64,000 nucleotides of DNA. It comes from an uncultured Candidatus Entotheonella sp. (GTDB lineage Bacteria; Tectomicrobia; Entotheonellia; Entotheonellales; Entotheonellaceae). This document shows positions 22,019-31,229 of this stretch, one piece after another. A program made the translations under genes and the position numbers. Position 1 is the stretch's first letter. Each line of letters starts with the position of its first letter. Under the pieces are notes generated by a model. It was not told the origin of the DNA and searched no databases. It saw only the letters and a list, made by a program, of their open reading frames with translations. The DNA is taken from contig CBDCDA010000002.1 in assembly GCA_965215335.1 (NCBI GenBank), forward strand, positions 512,001 through 576,000, given 5' to 3'.

Positions 22019-23296
22019 TTACCCCACACGCTTCTCAAAATCGATCTTCTCGTCGATCGGCAGCCCTTGCAACAACCGTCGCACGCTATCGAGGGCCATT
22101 TCAATCGCCCCTGACCGCACCCAGTCACGCCCGCCGACCAGATAGCTGCAACGCCCCGCCACGCCTTCCCCCGCAACGATGGCAAGCGCGATGGCACCGC
22201 CTTCCTCCCGGCCGTCGGTGCCTGCCTGCAGGTCCACCAGGACCGCCAAGCCATGCGAGGCGCCGCTTTGCCGGCGCGCCACCTCGGCCATGGATGCCGC
22301 CAAATCCGCAGTCGGCATGCTGTCGGGCAGCGCCTCGGGCATGGACAGCGCCGCAGCCAGTGCGGCGCCGCTGCACGCCACGGTGCCGCGCCGAAACACG
22401 CTCTCGGCGCCGGGCAACGCCGCCAGCCGCGCCGCCACCTGCCCACCGGTCAGCGTCTCGACGACCGCCAGGGTCGCCTGCCGCTCGGTCAGCAACGACA
22501 GCACCACGCCCTCCAGCGTTTCGTCGTCCTCGGCCAGGATGAAGTTGCCGATGCGGCGTCGAACCTCATGCTCCACCGGCGCCAGCTTCGCCGCCATGTC
22601 CGCCTGATCCTGCCCGCGCACCGTGAGCTTGATTTCCAATTGCGGGTAGTGGGCACGAAAGCCGAGTTTCACGCCACCCTCCGGCGCCAGGGCCGCCACG
22701 CCGTCGAGCAAGGCATCGACGTGCGATTCCCCCAATCCGAAGGAGTGAAACCGTTTCAGGTGAATCACCGCCTGGCTGCCGCTGCGCTGCAGCAGACGCG
22801 GCAGAATTTCGTGCTCCAGCATGGGACGCAATTCGCGCGGCACGCCGGGGGTGAAATAGAATCGCGCCTTTCCAATGGTGACGCCGAAGCCGCACGCCGT
22901 ACCCACGCGATTGTCGATGAGCTCGGCCCCGGTCGGCAACATGGCCTGCTTGACGTTGTTCGGCGACATCTCGCGCCCGCGCCGCGCAAACATCTCCTTC
23001 ATGCGCGCCAGCCAGCCCTCGTGCAGTTCCAGTTCGACCCCCGCCGCCCGCGCCGCTATCTCTTGCGACAGGTCATCCACGGTCGGCCCCAATCCGCCAT
23101 TGACGATCACCGCATCGGCCCGCCCGCCGGCGGCCCGGAACGCCTGCAGCAGATCCTCGTGGTCGTCGCCAACGGTCGTCTCCCATTTGACGGACAAGCC
23201 GTGATCTTCGAGCTTCTGGGTGATGTACGTGAAGTTCGTGTTGACGATCTTGCCGGTCAAGACCTCGTCGCCTGTGCAAATGACCTCGATGCGCAT
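22019..23296 (-). CDS. cinA: CinA family competence/damage-inducible protein
   Basis: GDEVLTGKIVNTN, VGDD, GGLGPTVDD, PGVPRE; divergent C-terminal domain (ETLTGG). Confidence 0.88.
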   Translation of the reverse strand: MRIEVICTGDEVLTGKIVNTNFTYITQKLEDHGLSVKWETTVGDDHEDLLQAFRAAGGRADAVIVNGGLGPTVDDLSQEIAARAAGVELELHEGWLARMKEMFARRGREMSPNNVKQAMLPTGAELIDNRVGTACGFGVTIGKARFYFTPGVPRELRPMLEHEILPRLLQRSGSQAVIHLKRFHSFGLGESHVDALLDGVAALAPEGGVKLGFRAHYPQLEIKLTVRGQDQADMAAKLAPVEHEVRRRIGNFILAEDDETLEGVVLSLLTERQATLAVVETLTGGQVAARLAALPGAESVFRRGTVACSGAALAAALSMPEALPDSMPTADLAASMAEVARRQSGASHGLAVLVDLQAGTDGREEGGAIALAIVAGEGVAGRCSYLVGGRDWVRSGAIEMALDSVRRLLQGLPIDEKIDFEKRVG

Positions 23297-23313
23297 GGTG
23301 CTCCTCGCTCCCC

Positions 23314-25083
23314 TCAGCCGTGCCGCGGTGGCTCGAGAGCGAAGAGACCAAACATTTCCTCGCTGCTCAATCTTGCGGACAGATTCAAGGACACGTCGTC
23401 AATGAGCTGATCGAACAGGTTTTGCTTGCGCTTCAAAATCGCGTCGATCCTTTCTTCAATGGTGCCGGTGCAGGCATACTTGATCACGTTCACCTTGGCC
23501 GTCTGCCCGAAGCGATGGCTGCGGTCCTCGGCCTGACGTTCGACGGCGGGATTCCACCAGCGGTCCAGGTGGAACACGTACGACGCCTCCTGCAGGTTCA
23601 GGCCGACGCCGCCCGCCCGCAGGGAGATCACCAGGACTTTGTGCGTGTCAGTCGTCTTGAAGCGGGCAAGGACGCTTGCCCGCTGGCTCTGGGCCATGTC
23701 GCCCGTGAGGGTAAGCGGCTTGAACGCTTTCAGATAGCCGGCTGCTGCCGCAACGCCAAAGGTTGCACTGGCATATTGGGAGAAGACCAGGGCTCTGTGA
23801 CCTTGGGCTGCCAACTGGCCCAATCTTTCCCGGATATCTCTCAATTTGCTCGAATGGCCTGTTTCCGGGTGCGCGTTGCAGATTTGCTTCAGCCGCGTGA
23901 TCAATTCAAGCACGTGTCGGACACGCACTTCGGCGCCAAGGGACCTCAGATATACAATGCCCTCGCGCTCGGCCCTGTCATAGCTTTCCTTCTGCCTGGC
24001 GTGCAAGGGAATGAGCACCTTCGTCACCTGTTTGGGCGGCAGATCGTCCAGGACATCGCCCTTCTTGCGCCTGAGCTGCAATTGCCGATGGCGGCGCAGC
24101 AGTTCCACCCCCGGCCGGTAATGTCTGGACGAGGCGAGACCGGCATGGTCCACGAATTCGAGAAGGGAGGCCAACTCCTCTTCATCGTTCTCGACAGGCG
24201 TTCCGGTCAGCGCCCAGGAGCGTCGTCTTTGCAAGCCTTTGAGGGCATCGCTGGTAGCGTTCCGGTTCTTGATGCGCTGCGCCTCGTCGGCGACCACCAC
24301 GTCCCAGACTTTCCGCCGCACCGGGGCTCGCTTGTTGCTGCCGAAATCTGACTTCAAGGTCTCATAACTCACCAGCGTCACGTGGACCTTTGCTCCCCAT
24401 TGCCACGCACGATCGGCTATGGGACCGCGTACGATGATGGCGCGAAGCTCCGGCGCCCATTTTTCAAGCTCCCGTCGCCATTGATCCAGAAGGCTTGCCG
24501 GAGTCACCACCAGTACGGCGTCGATCACACGTTGCGCACAGAGAATGCGCACCGCAGCGATGGCCTGAAGCGTCTTGCCGAGTCCCATGTCGTCGGCCAG
24601 CAACAGCCGCTCGCTGTTGACCAGTGCCCGCACCCCGTCCTTCTGGAACGACATGAGGTCACTTGGCCACTTCAGGGCGGTGTCCGGTTCCAGCAATAAG
24701 GATTCCAGTGACGGGGCGAGGACCCTTCGCAACCGATCCACTAACGAAGATCGCGAATCTTCACCGACTTTCCGGGTGCGGTTGCCTGGGCGGGACGAGG
24801 CACCGGATGATGGGCGCTCAGCCTGGGAAACGGCTGTCCTCGATAACGGTTCTCGTAGAGCCGACAGCGCCACGACCCTGGCCGGCTCAGGAACACTGAC
24901 GGCAGGCAGGGCCAGCCACGCCGCTGGTGCCGGCGTACAAGATGCGGGCGAGACGACTTCCGCTGGGTCGGGCATCGAAGCGGCTGGAGTGATCCGTAAA
25001 GGCATCCCCGCTTCCACCTCGGGCCGAAACAGGCGTTGAAAAAGAGAACGTCGTTTTTCCTGCTGTCCTGGCTGCCACCACAT
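23314..25083 (-). CDS. SNF2-family helicase/ATPase
   Basis: LLADDMGLGKT, DEAQRIKN, ALTGTPVEN, LVFSQY, SLRAGGVGLNL, DRWWNPAVERQAEDRSHRFGQ; start placed at ATG 25083. Confidence 0.93.
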   Translation of the reverse strand: MWWQPGQQEKRRSLFQRLFRPEVEAGMPLRITPAASMPDPAEVVSPASCTPAPAAWLALPAVSVPEPARVVALSALREPLSRTAVSQAERPSSGASSRPGNRTRKVGEDSRSSLVDRLRRVLAPSLESLLLEPDTALKWPSDLMSFQKDGVRALVNSERLLLADDMGLGKTLQAIAAVRILCAQRVIDAVLVVTPASLLDQWRRELEKWAPELRAIIVRGPIADRAWQWGAKVHVTLVSYETLKSDFGSNKRAPVRRKVWDVVVADEAQRIKNRNATSDALKGLQRRRSWALTGTPVENDEEELASLLEFVDHAGLASSRHYRPGVELLRRHRQLQLRRKKGDVLDDLPPKQVTKVLIPLHARQKESYDRAEREGIVYLRSLGAEVRVRHVLELITRLKQICNAHPETGHSSKLRDIRERLGQLAAQGHRALVFSQYASATFGVAAAAGYLKAFKPLTLTGDMAQSQRASVLARFKTTDTHKVLVISLRAGGVGLNLQEASYVFHLDRWWNPAVERQAEDRSHRFGQTAKVNVIKYACTGTIEERIDAILKRKQNLFDQLIDDVSLNLSARLSSEEMFGLFALEPPRHG

Positions 25084-25093
25084 GGAATAACGG

Positions 25094-25654
25094 TCACCTG
25101 CCGTCAAAGGCTTCTTCCAGACCGGCGGCGGCTCTCTCGAAAGGCTCGAGCGGGTCGTGCCGGTGCATGAAGCCATCCAAAAGCCGTATCGCCTCCGACG
25201 CGTCGTCGGGCTGTTCCGTCGCCCACCTCAGGCTCACCTCCCCGGCCGGTCGGGAATCCGCCGTAGCGGCCTGTACCGGCGTCTTGGAAGGGCCGACCAG
25301 ACAAAGGGGCACCTGCACTTGAATATCGTCCACGAATAACTGCGGCGGTATTTCATCGGCAAGGCCAAGAATCAACATGGGGACCCGGTTTGCGGCCTGG
25401 AAGAGCACCTTGACGAGAGCCGTCACGGCCTGCCGGCGAGCGTCGCCCCGGCGCCACAGAAACGAGTGGTGAACATCAATGCGGGTGAAACAGAAATCCA
25501 CAGGTTCACCCCGCCCGGAGGTCAGAAAAAGGGCGCCCCTGACGCCTTTTCCATCGGCTTCATCCACGAACCGCAGGAAACCCACGGTGCCGGTGGGATC
25601 AGCCTCTCTAAGGTCCTCGAAAGGAACTGACAACTCGGTATTCCTCAAGGGCAA
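25094..25654 (-). CDS. Hypothetical protein in the ATPase/helicase operon
   Basis: 186 aa; TTG start abuts the upstream stop; alpha/beta-like composition. Confidence 0.75.
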   Translation of the reverse strand: MPLRNTELSVPFEDLREADPTGTVGFLRFVDEADGKGVRGALFLTSGRGEPVDFCFTRIDVHHSFLWRRGDARRQAVTALVKVLFQAANRVPMLILGLADEIPPQLFVDDIQVQVPLCLVGPSKTPVQAATADSRPAGEVSLRWATEQPDDASEAIRLLDGFMHRHDPLEPFERAAAGLEEAFDGR

Positions 25655-26941
25655 TCAGGACTCGATCCTTGCCTCGTTCGCTCCGTTTTCCCCTTCCCAT
25701 GTCGGCTCGGGATTCTCATGATAACCAGGTCGGTAGTCGACCCCATCTGTTTCAGGCCGGGAATTCGGAACCAAGCGCATCAAGTCCCATTCATTGATTG
25801 CAGCTCGGACCTTATATCTCATCCTGCTGCGATGCCCCGCTCCGCCCGCCGTGCTCTCCACTCGCGGAGCCTCCCAGGCGTAGGCGATGCTATAGATGTG
25901 CCGTAGCTTTTCGACCGTCGTCGTCACCTGTTCAGCCGTCGGGGGCTCCAGCTGGATGGCCTCCCGTTCGAGCACGCGCATACCCGTTTCAGCCCTGGCT
26001 GCAAGAGCAGCTTCCCCACGCGAACGCAGCCAGTGACCCACATAGTCACGGTCTTGCTTGCCGCCCACACCCAAAATAGCGGCAGCGAAGTCGTCCGTCA
26101 CGGTGCCCGCGACAACGAGCCCCGGGTATGCTTCACCGGGAACCTTCCCCAGCCAGCGGGCCAGTTCTGCGTAGGACCTGACTCTTTGCGGCCGACTATA
26201 TGAACCAATCAATTCGATTTCGTCCAGCAGCACGACCCAGCCCTTGTAACCCGCACCCTTTATCAGTTCGGTTGCAAACCGCAATCGTTGCGGAGGTAGT
26301 TCACTCATCTTAGGCGCTCTGAAGACGTAACTCTGTAACTGCCCTATCGCCCTGAGGCCGTCCTTGACCCTGGAAACCTTGATGCGCCCTCCCGACCAGA
26401 AGGCTCTGATGTCGCTGATCAGTTCCGGGTCGCCTGCCTTTTCATGGACGACCAGCGTCGCCGGGAACATGCGATGCAGTCCGTTTCGCTCGCAATCGAC
26501 CCATTTGAGGAAACGGGCGTATGCCTCCGAATTTTCATGCCGCCCGATCCCGAGTTCTTCCATCAACTGCCCGGAGCGGCCCGGCATGCGTCCATGGTCT
26601 GCTGCGGCTTTGAAAACTTTGCCCAGGTCGTACAGGGGCGTTTCCTTGCTGACGGCCACCCGGCTGCAGACAAACCCTTGCGATAACGCCTGATGTTCCA
26701 GATAGGAGAGCAGGTGGGATTTTCCCGCACCGAAGCCGCCGGAAACCAGCATCCCCAGAGAACTGGCAGGGGGATCCTGTTGATCCGCACACTGCCGCAG
26801 GAGGGTGGTGAACTGCTTTTCCGCCCGGGGTTGATGACACCCCAGTACCTTTACCGCTTCCTGGTTAGGCACCCCGCTGCGCAGGGCTTCCAGCGCCCGC
26901 CGGTACGTAAAAGCGCGTTTTCCATCCATGTCCGTCTCCAC
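25655..26941 (-). CDS. P-loop ATPase, DUF2791/BrxD-like
   Basis: RRALEALRSGVP N-terminus, Walker A GGFGAGKSH, GYKGWVVLLDEIE Walker B; the start may be ATG 26929. Confidence 0.85.
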   Translation of the reverse strand: METDMDGKRAFTYRRALEALRSGVPNQEAVKVLGCHQPRAEKQFTTLLRQCADQQDPPASSLGMLVSGGFGAGKSHLLSYLEHQALSQGFVCSRVAVSKETPLYDLGKVFKAAADHGRMPGRSGQLMEELGIGRHENSEAYARFLKWVDCERNGLHRMFPATLVVHEKAGDPELISDIRAFWSGGRIKVSRVKDGLRAIGQLQSYVFRAPKMSELPPQRLRFATELIKGAGYKGWVVLLDEIELIGSYSRPQRVRSYAELARWLGKVPGEAYPGLVVAGTVTDDFAAAILGVGGKQDRDYVGHWLRSRGEAALAARAETGMRVLEREAIQLEPPTAEQVTTTVEKLRHIYSIAYAWEAPRVESTAGGAGHRSRMRYKVRAAINEWDLMRLVPNSRPETDGVDYRPGYHENPEPTWEGENGANEARIES

Positions 26942-26954
26942 GGGCGGGCTCTCT

Positions 26955-27911
26955 TCAGGACAGTCGCACCAGGGAAGCCATGGGATTCACCTGGTTCTTG
27001 TCGTGGACGTCATCCATGATTCTCGTCATCAGGGCCTGGTAGATGTGGTATCCCTTGGGACCGGTCTCATCAAGGAATTCGTCATTGGTGACGACGACCA
27101 TCAAAGCCCCCGTCAGCTGGTCCGTTGCATCGACGAACTCCCTCAAGACCTCGTAGTGGTCCATGGCCATGGCCCGGGTGTAGTGCCTCAGCCCATCTCT
27201 CGGATTGCGGGGCAGGGTGACGCGGGAGTTGTCGAACAGGATGACGGTCCCGGCATAGCCTGCGTAGCGGAACCAATAAAGAGCCGATTCAATGAAGCGC
27301 CTCGCCGTCGTCCGGTTGATACCGGTGTAAACCGAAAATGATTTGACGTGACTCACTCTCGTAACCGCGCCGGTCAGCCAGTCGATCAAGGGCTGGCCAA
27401 CGTAGGGACCATCCCCACTCGTGTTCTCGCATTGGCAGAAATGGGACATCGCGACCCTGAAATCTTTCGCCATGTGGCGATTCTTGGCGACGCCGCTGTC
27501 GATGAACGGCAGCAACTCCCTGTAAATCGACTCCGACTCGAGCCCGATTGCCTCTCCGATGGCCGCAAAGGGGTTGCAGTCCCGACGGTGATCAAGGTGA
27601 TCGACCCGGTGGCCCCTCTCTTTAGCCAGCTTCAGAATCAGGCGGCGCGCCAACAGGCGCCAATCCACCTGATTCGCCATCCCGAAGAAGATGTCCTGGG
27701 GCATGTGAACCCGGGTCGCCACCGCGTCGAGTTTGACAACCACGTAATCCGATGCCCGGCATCGACTCTCCATCGCTTCATGCAATGCCGCCTTCAGGTC
27801 CTCTCGCGTCACGGCAAACTTGATGGACGCACCGCCGTCTCTGATGAATGACGACAGGTATTCGGAATCGATGAACCGCAGCCATTCGTGCAGCGGCATG
27901 GTGTTGGCCAT
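26955..27911 (-). CDS. DUF2791/BrxD-like paralogue with degenerate Walker motifs
   Basis: YLSSFIRDGGASIKF, WLTG, AGYAGTVILFD, LREFVD, YQALMTRI; no GxxxxGK motif. Confidence 0.7.
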   Translation of the reverse strand: MANTMPLHEWLRFIDSEYLSSFIRDGGASIKFAVTREDLKAALHEAMESRCRASDYVVVKLDAVATRVHMPQDIFFGMANQVDWRLLARRLILKLAKERGHRVDHLDHRRDCNPFAAIGEAIGLESESIYRELLPFIDSGVAKNRHMAKDFRVAMSHFCQCENTSGDGPYVGQPLIDWLTGAVTRVSHVKSFSVYTGINRTTARRFIESALYWFRYAGYAGTVILFDNSRVTLPRNPRDGLRHYTRAMAMDHYEVLREFVDATDQLTGALMVVVTNDEFLDETGPKGYHIYQALMTRIMDDVHDKNQVNPMASLVRLS

Positions 27912-28696
27912 TATTCGCCCCCGGAAAACCGAATGCCGTAATACGTGATGACCTGTCCATCGGGACCTACAAAGGGAAAGGTACCGCGCGCGCTTCGGGT
28001 CCCCGTGGAAGACGGGAACGAAACACGCGCCCCTGACCTGGTGTGGCCCGGCCCGTCGCTTTCCAGAAAATACAGGCTTCTGGCGAATTCCGTTTTGTCG
28101 TACTCACGGCTGCTCCCCGGCAGGCTGGTGAAAATCTCGTAGATTCGGGCCAGCGGCATCACAGGCTCTTTGAGCAGACCGGCGGGCTCGGCAAACTGCC
28201 TGTAGACCTTGTATAGTGCTTCCAGAAACATGTCAGACCGGAAGCGAGGCCGTTTCTTCTGGTTGTGCACCAGGATCTCGGCAAGGTAGGAGGGTCTTAA
28301 CGTCGAAACCTTCTTCTTGTCGATACCGATAGCGTGGTCGCCGGGGAAAATGCGAACGATGGACGGATAGGCAATCAGCCTGCCATCCCGTTCATGGATG
28401 GCCAGGCCCTTTTCCGCCGCTACGCTCCGTAGCTCGACAGCGTAGCGCTCCCTGAGATAGTCCGCCTCTCCTCCCTCCTCGAAAGGCCAGGCTGCAACGG
28501 CGTTTGCCACCTCCTGACGAAGAGCATCCAGGGCGCCGTCCAACCTCTCGGCGTTCCTCTTGATGGCGCTGACATTCCCCTCCCTGGCCGCCTTTTGCAA
28601 TGTTCTGGCCAGCTTTGCGAGATCCGTCGCGGCCTTGAGGGTCGAGGCGGCGGCTGTCTCCGTATCCTGACAAGCCCGCTCAAAACCCGTCATCAT
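27911..28696 (-). CDS. Hypothetical protein (N-terminal helical/coiled-coil region), first gene of the operon
   Basis: TAATG stop/start overlap with the next gene; GAGGG RBS before ATG 28696 (ORF is open to 28753). Confidence 0.75.
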   Translation of the reverse strand: MMTGFERACQDTETAAASTLKAATDLAKLARTLQKAAREGNVSAIKRNAERLDGALDALRQEVANAVAAWPFEEGGEADYLRERYAVELRSVAAEKGLAIHERDGRLIAYPSIVRIFPGDHAIGIDKKKVSTLRPSYLAEILVHNQKKRPRFRSDMFLEALYKVYRQFAEPAGLLKEPVMPLARIYEIFTSLPGSSREYDKTEFARSLYFLESDGPGHTRSGARVSFPSSTGTRSARGTFPFVGPDGQVITYYGIRFSGGE

Positions 28697-28837
28697 GCTG
28701 CCCTCACTTTCGTTCATCATGCCAAGCCCGGCTTCACCGGGCTGCCGGCCCATGTTTTCCCGTTACGAATTTCGTTGACGAGAGCAAGCCGCGGGTCCAT
28801 GCGCCTGTCACCCCAACCATTCAGCGGCCAATACCCG

Positions 28838-29974
28838 CTACCCCGACCGGCGTGCCACGACGAACGACTCGTCGGTAAACCACAAAGACTGGTATTTCTG
28901 CAGCACGGCCTGGGTAGCTTGCAGGTAAGCGCCCTGGCTCATGGCTTGCTGCAACAGGTCGTCTTCGACCTGGGCGACGTAGATGGCGGCGTTCCAGGCG
29001 GCGAGGAGGGTGGAGGTGCCGATGTTGTTGGTGATTTCCCAGGGCTGGGTGTGCAGCACGTAGTTGAACTCGGAGCGCTCGTTGCTGTAGGGGAAGTAGC
29101 AAAGGTCCGGCTCGCTGTCCTGCAGTTGGTTTTGCAACTCCTTGAGCAGAACGTGGCGCGGGGTGCGAAAGGGGTCCTCGTCTGGCCACACGGCGCGGAT
29201 GATCTCCATGCCGGGATCACGTCCGGTGGACTGAACGGTGACCAGCCGGCCGCCGGGCGCCAGGCTGCGGGCCAGCGGCGCCAGGACGTTGCGGACCTTG
29301 AGCGCCGCGGGCAGGCGGGCGCGAAAGGGCTGCGAGGCGATGACGAGATCGTATCGATGATCTTGCTGACCCGGCTGCGGGATGATCGGCCCGAGAACGA
29401 ATTCGTGATCGGCCCGGTACAGGATCAGCACCGACGGCGTCACGTACAACGGATTGCCGGTGCGCTGGCTCGTCGTGGCCTGCCAGCCCTGCCGCAGGTA
29501 GCTTTGCAACTCGTTGATCTGCTGGTTGAACTCATAGGCCGTCGTGCCTTGCAGGGGAACCTCCCACCAGTTCAGCTTGGCCTGCATGACCGGGTTGCGC
29601 GGGTGCAGCCGCGGCGCCTCGGAGTAGAACATGTTGGTGACCACCAGCACCGTCTGCGGATGCTCGAAAAAGCGGTCTCCCATGCGCCCCAGGCTGATAC
29701 GCACGTCTTCCAGGCTGACTTCCTTGCCGACCACCAGAAAGGGAATGGTGGGAAAGCGGTGGTGCAGTTGCCGCATCACCTGACTGAGCACGGTGGCGTC
29801 GCCCATGCCGGCGTCGAAGACCCGCAAGGCGGGCGGCACCGGGCGCAGGTGCTTGAACTCCATGCCGACCCGGTCGGCAACGACCCATTTTTCGCTGCAC
29901 GTGGTTACAAACAGCAGGTATTTTTCACGGTTGTCGAAAAAGCGAAAATGCTGTATGTCAATGGCAGTTTCCAT
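28838..29974 (-). CDS. Class I SAM-dependent methyltransferase-like conserved protein
   Basis: VFDAGMGDA (motif I-like), YDLVIAS, LAPGGRLV. Confidence 0.65.
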   Translation of the reverse strand: METAIDIQHFRFFDNREKYLLFVTTCSEKWVVADRVGMEFKHLRPVPPALRVFDAGMGDATVLSQVMRQLHHRFPTIPFLVVGKEVSLEDVRISLGRMGDRFFEHPQTVLVVTNMFYSEAPRLHPRNPVMQAKLNWWEVPLQGTTAYEFNQQINELQSYLRQGWQATTSQRTGNPLYVTPSVLILYRADHEFVLGPIIPQPGQQDHRYDLVIASQPFRARLPAALKVRNVLAPLARSLAPGGRLVTVQSTGRDPGMEIIRAVWPDEDPFRTPRHVLLKELQNQLQDSEPDLCYFPYSNERSEFNYVLHTQPWEITNNIGTSTLLAAWNAAIYVAQVEDDLLQQAMSQGAYLQATQAVLQKYQSLWFTDESFVVARRSG

Positions 29975-30129
29975 GCAGTGCGGTCTCTCCTCGAAGGCTC
30001 ACGACATGCCGAGTGGTTGTAGCGTAGGGCCACTTCAAAGTCAACGCCACCCGCCCCTGTCCACGAGACGGCAGGCATCGACCACGTCATCAGCGTCACG
30101 CAGGTAGCCCGTCATAGCGGAGGTTCACA

Positions 30130-31014
30130 ATGAGCGCGCGTCCATTCGTCGAGGTTTTGGAATCGGGAAAGTTTGTCGTCACTGCCGAGTTGAACCCGCC
30201 GAAGGGCACCGACCTCGAGTCGTTGTTCGCCCACGCCGAACGGCTCAAGGATGACATCGACGCCTTCAACCTCACCGATTCGCACAGCGCTCGCATGCGC
30301 ATGGCGCCCCTGGGCGCAGCTTCTCTGCTGGTGCAACAGGGCATCGAGCCGATCATGCAGGTCACCTGCCGGGACCGCAACCGCATTGCCCTGCAATCCG
30401 ACCTGCTGGCCGCCCATGCGCTGGGCGTGAGAAACGTGCTGACGATGACCGGCGACACCCCGGCGGCCGGCGACCACCCAGACGCCAAGGGGGTATTCGA
30501 CGTTGACGGCATCGGCCTGCTGCAGGCCGTCGCCGCCCTGCAATCGGGCCAGGACCTCGGCGGCCAATCCCTGCGCGGCACACCTGAGTTCTGTGTTGGC
30601 GCCGTGGTCAACCCTGGCGCGCCCGACCTGCAGAAGGAACTCGGCCGCATGCGCGACAAGGTGACCTGCGGTGCCCGCTTCTTCCAAACCCAGGCGGTGT
30701 ACGATCCGGCAGCGTTTGCAGCGTTCATGCAGGAAGTGCGCGATGACAAGGTGTCCATCCTCGCCAGTTGCATCGTGCTCAGATCCGCCAACATGGCCCG
30801 CCGGATGAATACGGTGCCGGGCATTTCCATCCCCGAGCCCCTGATTCGAGAGATGGAAGACGCGGCCGACCCGGCGCGCCAAGGCATCGCCATCGCCGGA
30901 CGCATCATCCGGGAACTCGGGAGCCTCGCCCACGGCATTCACCTCATCGCCATTGGACAGGAAAGCCGTATCCCCGAGATCCTGGACGAGGCTGGCCTGT
31001 CTGCCAGGAGTTGA
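30130..31014 (+). CDS. metF: Methylenetetrahydrofolate reductase
   Basis: AELNPPKG, TCRDRNRIALQSDL, MTGD, GARFFQTQ. Confidence 0.9.
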   Translation: MSARPFVEVLESGKFVVTAELNPPKGTDLESLFAHAERLKDDIDAFNLTDSHSARMRMAPLGAASLLVQQGIEPIMQVTCRDRNRIALQSDLLAAHALGVRNVLTMTGDTPAAGDHPDAKGVFDVDGIGLLQAVAALQSGQDLGGQSLRGTPEFCVGAVVNPGAPDLQKELGRMRDKVTCGARFFQTQAVYDPAAFAAFMQEVRDDKVSILASCIVLRSANMARRMNTVPGISIPEPLIREMEDAADPARQGIAIAGRIIRELGSLAHGIHLIAIGQESRIPEILDEAGLSARS

Positions 31015-31119
31015 CCACGACGGCATCCCGGCCTCCCCTCGGGAGGCCGGTTACCCACCCTCTCTTCACGCCCCCCGCCGTGAGCCGGCATCGGCCTGTT
31101 AACCGCTGACTTTTCACAA

Positions 31120-31217
31120 TGTTGCAGACAAATGCAACAAAAATCACCCTTCCCTGTTGACGTTGTCAATCGAAGTACGTATGTTTCGTCTTGATTTTAA
31201 TGCAAGTTGCATTAAAA
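31120..31217 (+). promoter_or_regulatory. Promoter with three palindromes upstream of the MerR-like gene
   Basis: TTGACG-N17-TATGTT (31157-31185); TGTTGCA-N6-TGCAACA; TTGAC-N3-GTCAA; TTTTAATGCAA-G-TTGCATTAAAA. Confidence 0.65.
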
Positions 31218-31229
31218 GGGATATTCCGC

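Noticed and set aside
23314..28753. Calling the operon BREX or Shango
   Set aside because: Hallmark genes (pglZ, pglX; TerB-domain protein and Lhr-like helicase) are absent
31028..31050. Hairpin CCGGCCTCCC-CTC-GGGAGGCCGG after metF
   Set aside because: No U-tract, so it was not called as an intrinsic terminator
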